DNA from: Sphagnum compactum
Taxonomy: Eukaryota
Assembly (NCBI GenBank): GCA_965153455.1
Contig: OZ234493.1
Coordinates: 11,956,213-12,020,212, forward strand
Length of the DNA: 64,000 nucleotides
Direction: 5' to 3'
The first letter of the stretch is position 1. Each line of letters opens with the position of its first letter. Positions 25,514 to 39,400 of this stretch are shown piece after piece. The position numbers were made by a program, and so were the translations under genes. The notes under the pieces were generated by a model. It did no database searches. It saw only the letters and a list, made by a program, of their open reading frames with translations, and was not told where the DNA came from.

Positions 25514-28500
25514 ATGGGATCTCCAAAAGCGCTACCGACATTTGATGATGTAACTATTTGTTTGTCTTTTGTTTTTGTTTTTGGTTGTTGGTCTTTGGGT
25601 TTTGAGCTTTGAATGGGTAGTGGGCTTTTATTAGTTTTGCAAAATGAGGTGGAGGTCAGGAGGTGTTTTGTTTTGTGGAGTGGAGAAAAAAGGGAATCCC
25701 ATTCATTGCAAGCTCTGCAAGTGAAGTCCAACTTTTTTCTATTTTAAAAGAAACGTTATTTGGTGTTCATCCTCGATGAGTGCAGGAGGAGTTTGATTTT
25801 GGTGGGGAAATAGGCAAAGAAAATGGATTGACAGGTATGTGTTCATTTTGCCTCTTTGTGTGCAATCTCGAGTTTCTTGTTGTTTCTGGGATAATGGAAT
25901 TATTGAGGCAGTAGCCCTAGTAAGGTCTTTCATTCAGCACATGACCATCTTGGAAGTTTTCAGGGGCTTGAAATCCAGATATGTACCATAGAGAGTCTGG
26001 TGACTTGGAAATTGCAATCAAAAGCCATGGATTTTTCTCAAGAGTCAAAACCTAGGGGCTTTCCAAAGATTCCTTGGGGGAGGAGGAGCTTTGTCCATCT
26101 TTGACAAAGAGGCAATAGCTCCACTGGGGTCAAGGGATTCTTCTCTAATATCCCATCAAGTCTATCAGTGAACTCCTTGGGTTTTCTTGTCAAAGAGTGA
26201 GCAGCATGGAGTCCATTGCTGGGGCTCTGGAGGGATGTTGTTGGGTTTGTGAGCAGCTAGCTGCTTGTTGGGTTTGGAAGCTAGACAGAGAATTGTCAGG
26301 TTTAGATGTTCATGAGTTGGAGCTTGTGGCCTCTGGAGGTTGCAGGTACAAAGAGGGATTTTGAGGATCTTGAAGATGATGAGGAGGAGGAACTGTATCC
26401 AAGCAAGAAGGTTAGTAATTAGGGTTTTTGTTTGTATTAGCCTTGAGGAATGGGGTATGCAAATCCTGTTGACCTGGTGTGATTGACTGATTCCTCATTG
26501 TTTTAGGACACCAATCAATTTTCCCTTAGAGTCTGCAAACCAAAAGGTTTGTGGTTGAGTTGTAAAGTGCATTGAAATTATACATAGTTGCAGATCAACC
26601 TACAGTCAGTGGCTGGGAATTATTTAAGAAGGTCTGCAGTGAACTGATAGAGCACAGAAGAGCATTACCTTTGCTCTGATGCTGTCAGAGGCTAGCAGAC
26701 AGGTCTCAGGTCTTTGTGCCTGCAGGCAAGGCCAGATGCAATTGTTTTACAACTATGTTGATTGCATTTCACACATTGATTTTAGTATGATTTCAATGAT
26801 TGTTACAAGAAGGCTGAACTGTTATGTGTTTGTCTGTGCTGTGCTGGTGGGTGAATAGATATATGGGTCTTCAATTGGGCCAGGCAGTGATCATGCCACC
26901 ACCACTATCCTCAATCTCCGTGCCAGGTACATTTGAGACTTGAAACATCATGCTGGAATTCTGACAGTTCTTGTTAATGTGCTGAAGCATTATGGTATAT
27001 AAGGTAGAGCTGTGTGTGCCATGCATTAATATATCTATGGGGAATGGGTAGCCTGGAGGAACGAGACAGCACCATTGCCACCTTGCAGGTGCGCATCTCA
27101 TCTTCTCATGGGCTAAAGTGGCTCCTAGTTTCTCTTTGCATGTTTTGATTCAAGTCAGGTTCTTTATGCATCAATGTGTAAGACACTCTGTTAGTTGCTG
27201 TTGTTTCCAGACATCTCTGAAGATGGCAAACAAAGAGCTGGAGAAGTGGAATAGTGCTTTCACCGATCACCCCTTACTCCCTGCTGGAACATCTCCTGGT
27301 AACAGACTGCCCTACAATATCCTTCCCATAGTATGCAGGAAGACCACGTCTGTAGAGCTTAATATCAGCAATTTTCTGTGGTGTGCCTCAATTCCATCAG
27401 CATTTATAGCAGAAGACCACAAGGACCATGTGTGAAGTACTGTCTCACCAGAGGAGAATGTGTGGCACTTCTTCTGCAGATCCAGCTGTAGTTGTGCAGA
27501 CAATTCAGACATTGCAAGCTTCTGAAGAGCATTTGAAGGAACAGGTGTTCCAGTCCCTCCACATCCTATGTGTTTGGATTTTCCAGATTAAACTTTCTCC
27601 TAGCCATGAGCCTTGCCTCTCAAAGGACCATGTAATGGACTTGATCCAGTCCTAAATATCTATGATTAAGAAACCATGTGAGTCCGTCTAGGGCTCTGTA
27701 CTCACAAGTCAATGTGGGCACCTGCAGCTAATAAGCGCCAAACGGAGGGAAAGTATGATGGTTGTGAAGCTTGCAAGCACAGAGCAAGACATTGTGGAGT
27801 TGAAGGTCAGATCAAGAGTCTTAAAACTGCCTATTCAATGAATTCGTGCTTTTCAGGAATTTGAGGAGCTTTGCATACAAGGCAGTTTTCCAAAGTTGCA
27901 GTGCAACTTAAAATGAGGGCAGGGCATGGGATGATGGCATGTGCAGAGTGTCGTCCAGAACTTGAAGCTTATGTCAAAACCACCAATCCAGCAGGTCAGT
28001 CTGGCTATGTACCATCTGCCATCACAAGAATGTATACTTTGTAACAGTTTGATGACTTGAGCAGGAGAGCACAACTGCATTGCTTATGCTATAAACACTG
28101 CCAATAATCTCCTACAATGTATGGTTGCTCTGGGTTTCATGCAGGCACAGCGATTGCTACTGGATCCAGCCATCCATGCTGAATTTACACGGATGAAGGT
28201 ATGAGTCATGTACTTGAGAGTGCTATTTCTTTCTTGTATTGTATCGTGGACTGAATGTGCAGTGGATACTCACAATGTTTAACTCACAATTTACCTTTGG
28301 CTCGACCACAGAAAGAGCTGGAAGCTGCAGGGAAAAAGTTGAAGGAACTGCAAGATGACCTTGCAGCTGTACAGTTTACACCTCACAGTAAAAATGGAAA
28401 GCTCTTGATGGCCAAGTGTCGCACACTCCAGGATGAGAATGCTGAGATTGGCCGTGAGGCTTCAGAAGGAAAGGTTAGTGGTCAACTGCATGTATTTGTT

Positions 28501-29281
28501 GATTCAGTTAATTTTTGATGCTGGCCTTCACTGTTCAGCATGCATACAAATCCCCAAACTTGACTGGTGCAAGTTGTGGGTTGCTTGCAGCTGCATGATT
28601 TAGGGACCAGGTTGGCAATGCAAAAATCCCTCAATGTGGAGCTTAGGAGATGCTATGAGGGTATAAACTCGTCTTTCACACTCATTTGCATGTCATTTGT
28701 TTGCATTCTGGCCATTTGTAGAAACTCTCTTGAAGTGTGATTCCAATTTTGTGCAGCTTTCTCAGACTGAAGCATATGTTGTTGTTTGGGTTCTGGCCAT
28801 TTGGGCACCACTCATGAAATAGACTTTCAATTTTGCAGAGCTGTATAAGAGTGTTGGGGATGTTAATGAGGAGTTGGAGAAATCACAGCAAATGGTATGT
28901 TTCCACTTGTTGTCTCCTGTTTACAAGTCGAAAGAGAACTGCAACTTTGGGCAAGACAGGACAAGCTATGTTGTGCTTTGCTGAAAATAGTATACCTAGA
29001 GAGGACTTTGCTCTAGGAGGTCAGTTTCCTTGTCAACCAGGTGGCCTCTGTTTGTTGTCTTTCTTAGTGGTGTTAAACCCTAAACCCTAAAACTGGAGAA
29101 TGGTCCACAGCTGTATGTTTTGCAGAGAAAGCTGCAGCAGAAAGATCATGAGGTGCTTGAGCTTCGCAAGCAGCTTGACTCACAAGAGTTGGGCAGAGAA
29201 GAGCCAAGGAAATCAGATGTCGATTTTGATGAAGAGTTGCAACATGAAGATGTAGACAACCAGTTCTCTGAGAGAAAATAG
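25514..29281 (+). CDS. FIP37: FIP37 / WTAP homolog, m6A writer complex subunit, ~14 exons
   Basis: Exons give MGSPKALPTFDD|EEFDFGG..|GTKRDFEDLEDDE..|ELEKWNSAF..|AQRLLLDPAIHAEFTRMK|..KKLKELQDDLAAVQFTPHSKNGKLLMAKCRTLQDENAEIG..|LAMQKSLNVELR.., with TAG at 29279-29281. Confidence 0.95.
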
Positions 29282-32200
29282 CAAAATATGGGCCGTGCAA
29301 CTCAATGCTTAGAACCAAGTAGTAGTTTGTATTGAAGCCGTTCAACTGAAAGAGACATTTTTCAAGGTGAGATAAGTTCCAACTTTTGTCATACATCAGT
29401 TCCATCTGATGTGAAATTATTTCCATATGTGAGAGGCAAACTCTTTTATCTTTTCTGAGACATTTCTTCTTACAAGTCCTAAGAATGAAGTCTCTGAGAG
29501 GCTGCTTTGCAATCCATGGATGTCTCTCTTATCTTTTGAGATAACTTTTTCGCATTTGCATGTAACATATTTGAGCAGCTTCTGTAGCATGGGAGTTGGC
29601 AATATGCTGCCATGTATGTCTCTGCAGTTGGGAGACCAACCAGTCATGGTCCTTTGTACATTTGGGTTACTACCAGAGGGCACTTGAAGCCAAAGTTTTT
29701 TCCCTGTGTTGCAATGCATTATCAATCCACACCTTCAACTCCACACAATGGACCTCTTGCATCTAGACCCGATTTGGTAAAAAAATTGTGATTTTGATTT
29801 TGGGGTTGAAAGATTCAGGCCAAGCTTTTAATGTGAGGATTGTGAAACTGATTTTAGTTATCGTGTGAATATTGAAAGCTTAGTCATGTTGAAAAAAAAT
29901 CAATATGATAACTTACCTTTTGATTTAGACATGTCTTTTGGATGTTCAGGTGGTCTTCTTGCTCTCAATCCGGTTTCTTTACTATGGTTTAAAGGATTTC
30001 TTAAGGGCACTAATTTGTTTTGCTTGAGTTGCATTGGCCATAATGAGCTATTAATTGTTTAAAGGCCTTTGAAATGTGGTTCCACAATCCATTTCAAACA
30101 CTAGCTCACAACATCAATTCAAAATAGATGGAGGAAAATATCTCTAATGTTCAACTTGATCTTCATATAAGTATGTTGTGTGAAAATGTGTGTGCTTAAT
30201 TTTTGGAAATTTGCAGAAGTGTAGGATTTCAAATAAAAATGATCATGAAAGGGCGGGGCAAGTGTGGGTTGTTGAATGCATTTGGCAACTGATTTCGATT
30301 GGAGATTGAAGAATCAAATGCATGATGATCTTGTCTATTTTGTATTTCAAGTGGAGAATGCATGTTCTTGTCTATTTTGTGGTATGAAGTATGGATGACA
30401 CTTTGTGAAAATATGATTGTTGACAAACAGGTTTGGCAAGAATTATTTGAGAATGGTGAAATCATGGACATGATGCTCAAGTGCATTGATAGTGAATCTT
30501 TCAAATTTAGATTTTGTTGAGTGTGTGAAGAACTTTTATTCATGTGTGGTTTTGTTTTGTGGAATGGTTTTTAATAACAAATTTGTTTCGGGTTTTATAT
30601 TAATTGTGTTTTTTATTGCAATGGCTTCGACTTTCAATTATCACACAAATTTGATATGAATGCGTTATGATTAAATAACAACATTTGAAATGTGAATCTG
30701 AATGCAATATCTTATGAAAAGTGACGTTCATGTGATACACACAATTAAGTAAAAAAAAAAAAACAAAATTTAAAGTTTTTATTGAACTATGTTTTTCATG
30801 ACTCCCAATTTTCAAGTTGTATGATCGATGGGGCTCATGAAGGTCTATTGTTTAGAAATGCCTATTCCTTGGGAAAAAGATCTTTCAATGTTCCATGAGT
30901 ACACACCATATATTATGTCCTTCAAAGTTTTCACTTCCAACACATTTTTTTCAAATTTTTCAAAAAGGTAGGCAGTGCAAATGTGATTTTTCCCCATTAA
31001 TATGAACATTGTTGTGTGATTTTCTAGATTTTTTTGATTTTTTTTCCTTTAAAATAATTATGTACATACTATATAACTAACCAAAGATGTAAGGTGTCAC
31101 CAACACAAAAATTATGACATCCAAAAGTATTGCTTATGGAAACAAGTGAACTATAACAAATTATAACAAGACGAACAAGGCTATTCTACAAGGTCATGTT
31201 TTGAAATTAACATTGATCATGTTGAAAGCGATAAATAACACTACTTCCATTTGTATCTATTTTGGGAAATGAATTCAAAGAGGTTTCAAAATATTTTTTC
31301 ATCGTTAAGCTTGTCACAAAAAGAACTTTGTTAAATGGTAGAAGAATGGTAAAGTAGGGATTTCCACTTTTTATCATGTATATTGCATATGAAAACAAAA
31401 AAAATAACATTGAAATGTGTAAAAGTACAATTAAAAAAACCTTCTGTGTCTTTTATTAAACTTATATTCTACTTTTAAAAAACTATGAATTTTTAAAAAT
31501 AAATTAAAAAACCCAAAAAATGGATAGTAATTTTTTGTTTGATGCATTCAACACAAAATACTCAATGACATATATTTATATTATGCTATGAAATAAAGAT
31601 CATTGGATTTTTGAAAGCACCATTGGAAATATATTATATATATTCTATTTGTTAAAACATATTTACCATGCATTTTATAGAAGTCCACATTGCAAAAAAT
31701 AGATTTCATGTTTATTCATATTCCAAACAAGTAGGTAAAAAACTTACTGACATACGTTGAGAATTTTTAATTAATGTGCAATGGTGAAAAATTATCTTGT
31801 TTTTGAACATTCAAGTAAAAACCTTCAATGCACAATAATTTGATCATGAATTTTATTAAACTATTTTACATCTACTTACATCCAACCTTGATAAAACTTT
31901 TTTTTTTGTTTATTTTATCATGCTTAGCCTTAAAAAAAATTTAAATGTGTTATGAATGAAAATGCACAATGATAGATGGATCACATTTTTCATGGATGAA
32001 AATAAATGATGGAAGATGAAATCCATACAATATCATAATCCAATTCAAAACCCAAAATCAACTTTGGAAACTACTTTAAAACAAAAATGAAAATTTTAAC
32101 ATAACAATTAGAGGGGGGAGGTTTAATATTGGTGAATAGATGTAATGGTTAAATTATGAGAATTTGGAACATGTATTACAAGGACTTTGTCACTAAGGCC

Positions 32201-32614
32201 AAACATTGAACAAGTGAAATGAATTATATGTGATTTAAATTCAATGCTATTATTAGTGGGATTTTAATTTTTTTTAAATGTTACCTAAGTGGCAATCATT
32301 CATAAGAGGTGTAAAATACTGGCAATCAGCCCTAGGAATATTTAAACAAATTTTATTATAAACCAAAATTTTGAATCAACCTTCTATATTTATGGCTACA
32401 CATTGAAAGCCAAATATAAAATTTTGGTGATTTAAAAAAAAAAATTGGTGATTGAAAGCACCAAAATCACATCATTTTCAATTTTAAAAATTTTGATTTT
32501 GTTTGTGCCAAAATTTCACCTACAAAAAAAAGGTTGGCTATTATTGTAGTTCAAAGGAACTTTAATTGAAAATATTAATGAACTTGACATTATGAGGGTA
32601 TTGCATTCTTTCAC

Positions 32615-32680
32615 ATGATATTAAATTTGAACTCTCACCTTCACAACCATAAAACAAGTCCTTAACCATCCAACCACCAC
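32615..32680 (-). mobile_element. Degenerate tRNA-derived SINE-like head
   Basis: A-box-like TGGTTGGATGG (32676-32666) and B-box-like AGTTCAAATTT (32633-32623) are at tRNA-like spacing, with no cloverleaf. Confidence 0.4.
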
Positions 32681-32961
32681 TTCATCTCATGATAAATTCT
32701 ATAATTGCATAAATATAAACAAATGTATGTTTTGAATTTTCAAAATTTTAAAATGCTATTATTTACTTATTTATCTTCATAATGAAATTGATTACACATC
32801 TAGGTAGGTAGGTAGGTAGGTGGTGGTTAGTAGATAGGTAGTACTTACCTATTTACTTATTTACCTACCTAATTATCGACATACCTATTTATGATTTACC
32901 TGCGTATCTATTACCTCCATACTTACATTCATTTCATTAACGTCAATCATTTGTTATGTTG

Positions 32962-33273
32962 CAATGATCTTGACCATCAAGATGGCAATTAGATTTTAAT
33001 TGTCACATCTTGATGACCAAGTTTTTTTTTTTCTTTCTTCCAAATTGGAATCTAATTGCCACAAGACTACGACCGGGGTGGACCTAGTCCCAATCCCTTT
33101 AGACACCTTAATCCCATTTAGGTACACCCTAAATGTCCATGTGATGACAAATTATAGTTCCAAAAAAATTCTAAATTTCTAAATTTTTTTAAAAAAAATC
33201 TTAATCATCAAAATGGCCATTGAATTTGGTTGTCAAATCTCAATATTTTAAAAAACTACCCTTTTATCCAATG

Positions 33274-33305
<32 letters not shown>

Positions 33306-33586
33306 ATTTTCAATATTTTTAAAAACTCAAATCCAATTCCCACAAGATTGCAACCATGGTAGAGACCTAGTCCTAGTTCCTATGGACACTTCAATCCCCA
33401 CCCAAAGTCAACATTAGTTCATGTGATGATCAAATTTCAATTGTGAAAATTTTAAAAAGTTGAAAATTTAATTTGACCTTCAATATGGTGTTCCAAAAAT
33501 AAAAATAAAAATTAATTTCTTTAAAAAAAATCCTTGGATTGAACTTCAACCACCTTGGTGACCGAAATTCAATCTCAAGGATTAAT

Positions 33587-33617
<31 letters not shown>

Positions 33618-33686
33618 CTTACGTATTATGTGTGAAAAAAAAATTATTTAAAAAAAAAAATTAGGAATATCTCGTCAAGATCATTG
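32962..33686. mobile_element. Candidate non-autonomous TIR element (725 bp)
   Basis: A perfect 13-bp IR (CAATGATCTTGAC / GTCAAGATCATTG) has TTG on both flanks. Inside are a degenerate ~290-bp duplication (about 33040 and 33325), (GT)n and (ATA)n. Confidence 0.5.
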
Positions 33687-36451
33687 TTGACTAGATAAAA
33701 GCAACACATCACATCATTTTTGACAATCCTAATTTCATCATTTAATTTAATTATTTTGATTTTCATACTTGCATTGGATTTTGTAATGCACTAAATAACA
33801 ATACAATTGTAAAGACAATATAATTATTTCAAAATGGATTTCAAAATTTCAAATGTATATAATGTTTTGAAAATTGGATCCCAATTTTGGTTACAAATTG
33901 AATATAATCATTTAAAGAACATCCAATTTTTAAAAATTTTTTTTTTTTTTTTCGTCGCTTAATCTAATTCTATAATGTGTAAATTCATCATTCGATTAAT
34001 TTAATACTTTTAATCTCATAAACACATTTGATTTACTAACGATTTCATTTCAAATGTAAAAACATGACATTGATTTTTAAATATTTATTTGCAAATACAT
34101 TACCCAATGTAATGTATTTAATTAAAATAATGTAAAAAATACATAGTTTCATTTCACATGTGAAGTACAAAGTTTGATTTGATTATAGAATTTTCATAGG
34201 TTTTTTAATTTTTAGTCACATTTAATTAAAAAGTTGGAGAATCATTTACATTATGCCACATAAAGACTTGATAGAAGTAGCATGCTTTAGTCACACAATA
34301 GTCATACATGGTGATATGTTTACCATTCCTAAATTCCCATGATCCACACGAGTCTTGTGCACTACAATCTCCACGTGAGTCTCACTCAGACGGTCCTTGT
34401 GTTTGTAGCAATGTTTGGTTTGACTAAAACAAAAAATTGTTTTCAATTTGGAAATCAAAGCAAGCAAAACGATTAGAGCAAAAACGATCAAAAGCAAAAT
34501 AAAATGAGAACTCACCTCCTCGAGCATGAGCCACACTCCAACAAAAGCTCAGATAGTCCAAGAACTTACTTCAAGTATAGCCTGTGACACTCACTGGCAC
34601 CAACAGCTTCCCGGGAAGGAAAAAAAAACTGCACAGAAATCATCACTAGCAAGCACAATGCACAAAACACAAATGCTCCTTAACTCAAGCACCCCACTGC
34701 ACCAGGCTCCTTCACTCAACATCCAACACAAAAGAACATACACTCACACTAAAACACAAACTAAGCACAATGCACCCACAAAGGAAACTAGCAAAGCTCC
34801 GTCTCTCACCTGAGTATGATGCAAATATAACCCAAACCACGTTAGTGTAAATGATGCTGTTTAAGGTAGCACCCAACACCAATGTTGGATGCAATAGTCC
34901 ATCCCCTGCCCCCCCTCCTGCGAGATGGGCAGGGCCTAATCAATAAACATCACTAGTTCATGTTCAACACTCACATGGAAAGACGTTACTGTCTGTCCAA
35001 GGATATGGACCATATGGTGGCAACAGATCCATCAGTGACTATTTAGGCTTCACCTCATCAGGTCCAGCAGCAACTCATTCCTGTCTCTCATTTGCCATGA
35101 TGATTGTTTTATGCACATTAGCTCCAGAATTCCACATCTTCTATGCTGGCAGGTTTTCTTTCTAGAGCTTCCATCAGACGAAATATGGCATCTGAAGTTT
35201 TGTCCAACACATTGGAAAAAAGATCCATGACTGTCACTGGAGTTAGAGAATATTTACCCATATGAGACTATAGACAGTCTCCATAATGAGGATGAAGATG
35301 AAGATGCCATTATTGGCAAATTGAGTCAACAAAAAAAAAGGTCATTGCTAAGACAGCAACCACTGGGAGTTGCCTCAGTGCCTACCTGCTAAAACGTGCA
35401 TGGCAATATGTTCAAGCAGATACACCTCACAGAGCTATACCCAATCAAAGACTCTGCAAAAACCGCTGCCAATTGAAAAAGCAGAATTGGAAGCCTCTCC
35501 CACCTTTGTCCAAAAGTGGATCCATGAACGTTCAGCAATGACAGGCTGAGAGATCTCAGCATTGGGTTCAGAATTTGTTGTCCAAAAGCAAATGGATCTG
35601 CAGAGAACATCAAACAGTACCAAACTGGGTTGAACAATGCCATAATATCTCACTTCTATAAATTCTATCTTAAAAGTAGAAGTGGCTTTACTGTCTGAAA
35701 TGGAGTTCAGTGATATTGCTGCCCAAATGTTCCTGTGGAATCTCTGAAAGAAACCCATAAGCCCAACCCACTCCCCTTCTAATACCAAGAGCGATCGCAT
35801 CCTATCAGCTTTCTAACTGTTGCCCAAATTTTGATCTGGCAACTTGAGAATACCGAAATTCTCAAAATGTTTGCTGATTGGTGACCTAGTAAAATGAGCT
35901 TTCAAATCCTCATGGTCAACTGAAAGCTTTAAACATAGTGCACTTCAGTTGTATGCTCACTTGATTCTGTTAAGAGAGGGACAGAACTTGACTTCAAAAC
36001 ATATATACTTTGTAAAAAGTTGAATCTCCTCAAGCACATCAACATTGATCCAGCCATCATTTGATGAGAGACCCCTTCCTTTGTATGGATGGTTGTCCAA
36101 TACATTAACTCAACATAAGCTATTTTGTGACTGTTTCGAGAGACAGGGAATCTAGAATAAACCTAGTTTTTTATTCTGCAGAGTGCGAAGGCTTGAGAAT
36201 CAAATCTCCTACTGTTGAAAACATACATTGCCCCTGATCATTCTCATTGCCTTCACAAAAATTAGACCTAATACACACTGGCCCAATTACTACTGCACAG
36301 TTTGTCGTTGCCCCCAACTTGACTATATGCTGCCAATTGGAAGCAAAAGAAGGGCAAACACTTTCAGTCCCTTTTCACATGTCAAGCATACAAAAGGGGA
36401 TGAGCCCAACAAAATGCAATACAAGAAGAAGCGGGTAAATAGGGAGGCCCC

Positions 36452-39400
36452 TTATCGGTTGGGTACAGTCCGATACTGCAGGCAAAGATCCTCTGGCTTC
36501 TTCCAAATATAAGCCCGCACTGTTGCCAGACTCATTTCCAAAGGCAATACCTAAAATTTCAACAAAAGAATGCTCAAATGTCAAAGATACATGTGATGCA
36601 AAACTCGGAAGAACTCAGTGACAAGATGGGGAGGTGCAAAAACTGACAGATCTTTTGACCAGGTCAACTGGGTGGCAGAGAACAATATTGTTGCAATACC
36701 TGATCATTACAGACAATTTCAACCACAGGTTTGACTGGTTGTTGCCAGACTCTTGAACCTGGCCTAAATGGACCATAACCATTTCCAACAGCTTGTTGGC
36801 TGCCCTGTCGCCCTGTTGTGGATGTTGTTTCAGAAACACTGTCCTCCAAGGGCTTGTCAATCACCAATTTCTCAAGCACATAATTTACCACCTGCATCCA
36901 GATGGGCATAGCAAGCACCATTTAGCCTCAAAATACTGGTCAGGTGCCCATCTCAAATACATGATGGAAACAATTGATCACTAGGGAGCAAGGAATCTAG
37001 ATTTCATCAATCTATGGGTACCTCAGACTCTTTCAAGGTTAGAAGGACAAGCACTTTACTTTGTGCATTCGAAGTATTCGGGGAGCACTTAATTTGCCCT
37101 GTGTAAGAATCTGGAGTGATGTCCCTTCACATGGTTGCAAGAAAAAGCTACACCTGTATGCAAGTTATCAGTACACACACCCACACCCAGAAAAAAATGA
37201 TTTAGAACTACAGCAATGAAGAAGATGTGGATCTCCTTATCCAACTTTGACAAGGAGAGTCAAATAATTTGAACAGATTGTTCACAGCCCTTGATAGCAG
37301 AGATTTAAGTAGTCTCAAACTCAGCAACAAAACTCTGTCTGAAGATGAAGAAAAGTACTTTGCATTCTCGCGTGGTTGCAGGCGATTGTGCAATACACAC
37401 TCCATGACCCACCATGGAAGATCTTTCTCATCCTCACTTCCATCCAATTCTGACGCTTTTTTCCGCCATGGGCCTCCCTGCCATAGCAGATATAATAAAA
37501 CCCACTCAAATCCTTATAAGGTCTGCAGCACAGAACTTGTCTAAAACTTTGCCTGGACTTCAGAAAATTGATGTGTCCTGTGTGCAGCATACCTGAGAAC
37601 CCTCTGTGATGATGGAGGGTGGAGAGGAGGTTGAAAACTCAAAAGCAGGTAAGACCAAAGGTTGGTGACTGTTAGAATCATCATGAGAGTCATCAGAGGA
37701 TGGCCGACGATCAGGATGATGCTCTCCAATCCCAGACTCTGCATCCCCATTGGCAGCAGTACTGGTGATACTACTCCTCTGTCTTCGTCGTGTCATCCAA
37801 TTTGCCATGAGACCCCTTAATGTTTCCTGACCAATATTCAACTGCAAGGTCCAACCAAGGGACAGCAGCATCCCTGAGCAGATCATTACCAACTCCACTG
37901 TAACCACAAATATCCCAAGGCTCCACAGAATAAACACATGAGACCTTCCAGGACATTTACCTTCAACTCCTCTGATGCACCAGGCACATGCAAATCAGCT
38001 GCATACATCTCGGCAGAAAAACACTGGGGTGTATCCAAATGCACAGATATGCTCCCCAGCCTCGTATCCATGGTAAACCATGCTGGCACACTTACCTGTT
38101 CCCATCATCAACCACTTTGAGAACTGCACATTGCTTGAATGATTGTATTAATCTCACAGACACACCATGACTGCAGAAGGAAATCTGCAATAAGATCTTC
38201 ATGAATACTACTGACACACCACTAAGAGTCAAAATTGGACAAAGTCCATCTATATACAAGTGCTTAGGGTTAAGGGTTTATTTACAAGTTTGATCAGGCG
38301 GATTCCCAAAAACTAAAATCACCACACACAAGTACCAAGAAGAGTTGACAGAGTGATTCTACCATTTCAAACAGCTCCTTCTCCTTGTCTTCAAATGAAA
38401 CCTGTGGCATCGATATATCAGCCCACAAACAATTTCTCTGCTGGGAAATGTTCATGCATGAGATAAATGTTTCAAGGTGCAGCAGAAGAGCCATTGATAT
38501 ACACATTGAAAAAATCAATGGAAGTGATGGCATTAAAACTGTACCTTGCCAAAGTCTGTAATCACAGTCCCCCGTGTGATCTCCCAGAGCTTCACATTGC
38601 CTGTGGCATCCTACAGACAAACACCAGCACAATCATTTGGTGCATTTCATCTCCATTCTCCTGTGCATAGACAGATACCTTGAAAAAGCCAGCACATCCA
38701 GAAGGAGCTGCAGTCTCTATTCACCTTAACACATTAGGAATATGCAAGGAGATGCATTTCAGAGCAGGAATATTTCGGCGCTGCAAATTCTCATCACAAG
38801 TATAAATCCTAGGGGTGCTTTTGAAACACATATGTATTCTATGTTCCTTATTGTAGGCCTGTGAAAGCAGTAGTTATTTGTTAGCACTCACACAACTGCT
38901 CATCAAAGGCTAATCACATATTCTGAGAGTTTCACAGACCTTTGTAAGCACATGTCGCCGATCATTCAGAATTGAATGACGCACAATACCAGCTGTCCCC
39001 GGAATTGTTGAAGTAGGATGAGTATACAAAGCAACCTTCAAAACACACACACCCCCAAAACACCCCCATCACAACCAACCAACCAAACCCATCCAAGGAA
39101 CAAATTCAGTCTTATTAGAATTTGCTTCTCACCCTGTCTTCAATCAACTCCTTTTGTGAATGGATTCATGCAAACTTCTAGGACCGACCCAATTGAACAG
39201 CATCATGGGCAGCAAGTTGGAAATGTTGAGAGGACAATGTGAAGATGAAAATAATATGTTGCCAATCCAACAATGATTAGGATTTTGACCATACCCATAG
39301 GTGGAAAACATGTGAACAATGCAAACAAATAACTCTCATGAAAATCAAGAAATCAAGAAATCTCCATGCTCATCGTTAGGAAAGCCAGAATAAGGTACAA

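Noticed and set aside
30190..30560. Possible Harbinger transposase relic (NAFG-like word)
   Set aside because: Too degenerate to support without a search.
32800..32900. (TAGG)n followed by (CCTA)n foldback
   Set aside because: Degenerate simple repeats with weak, nonspecific pairing.
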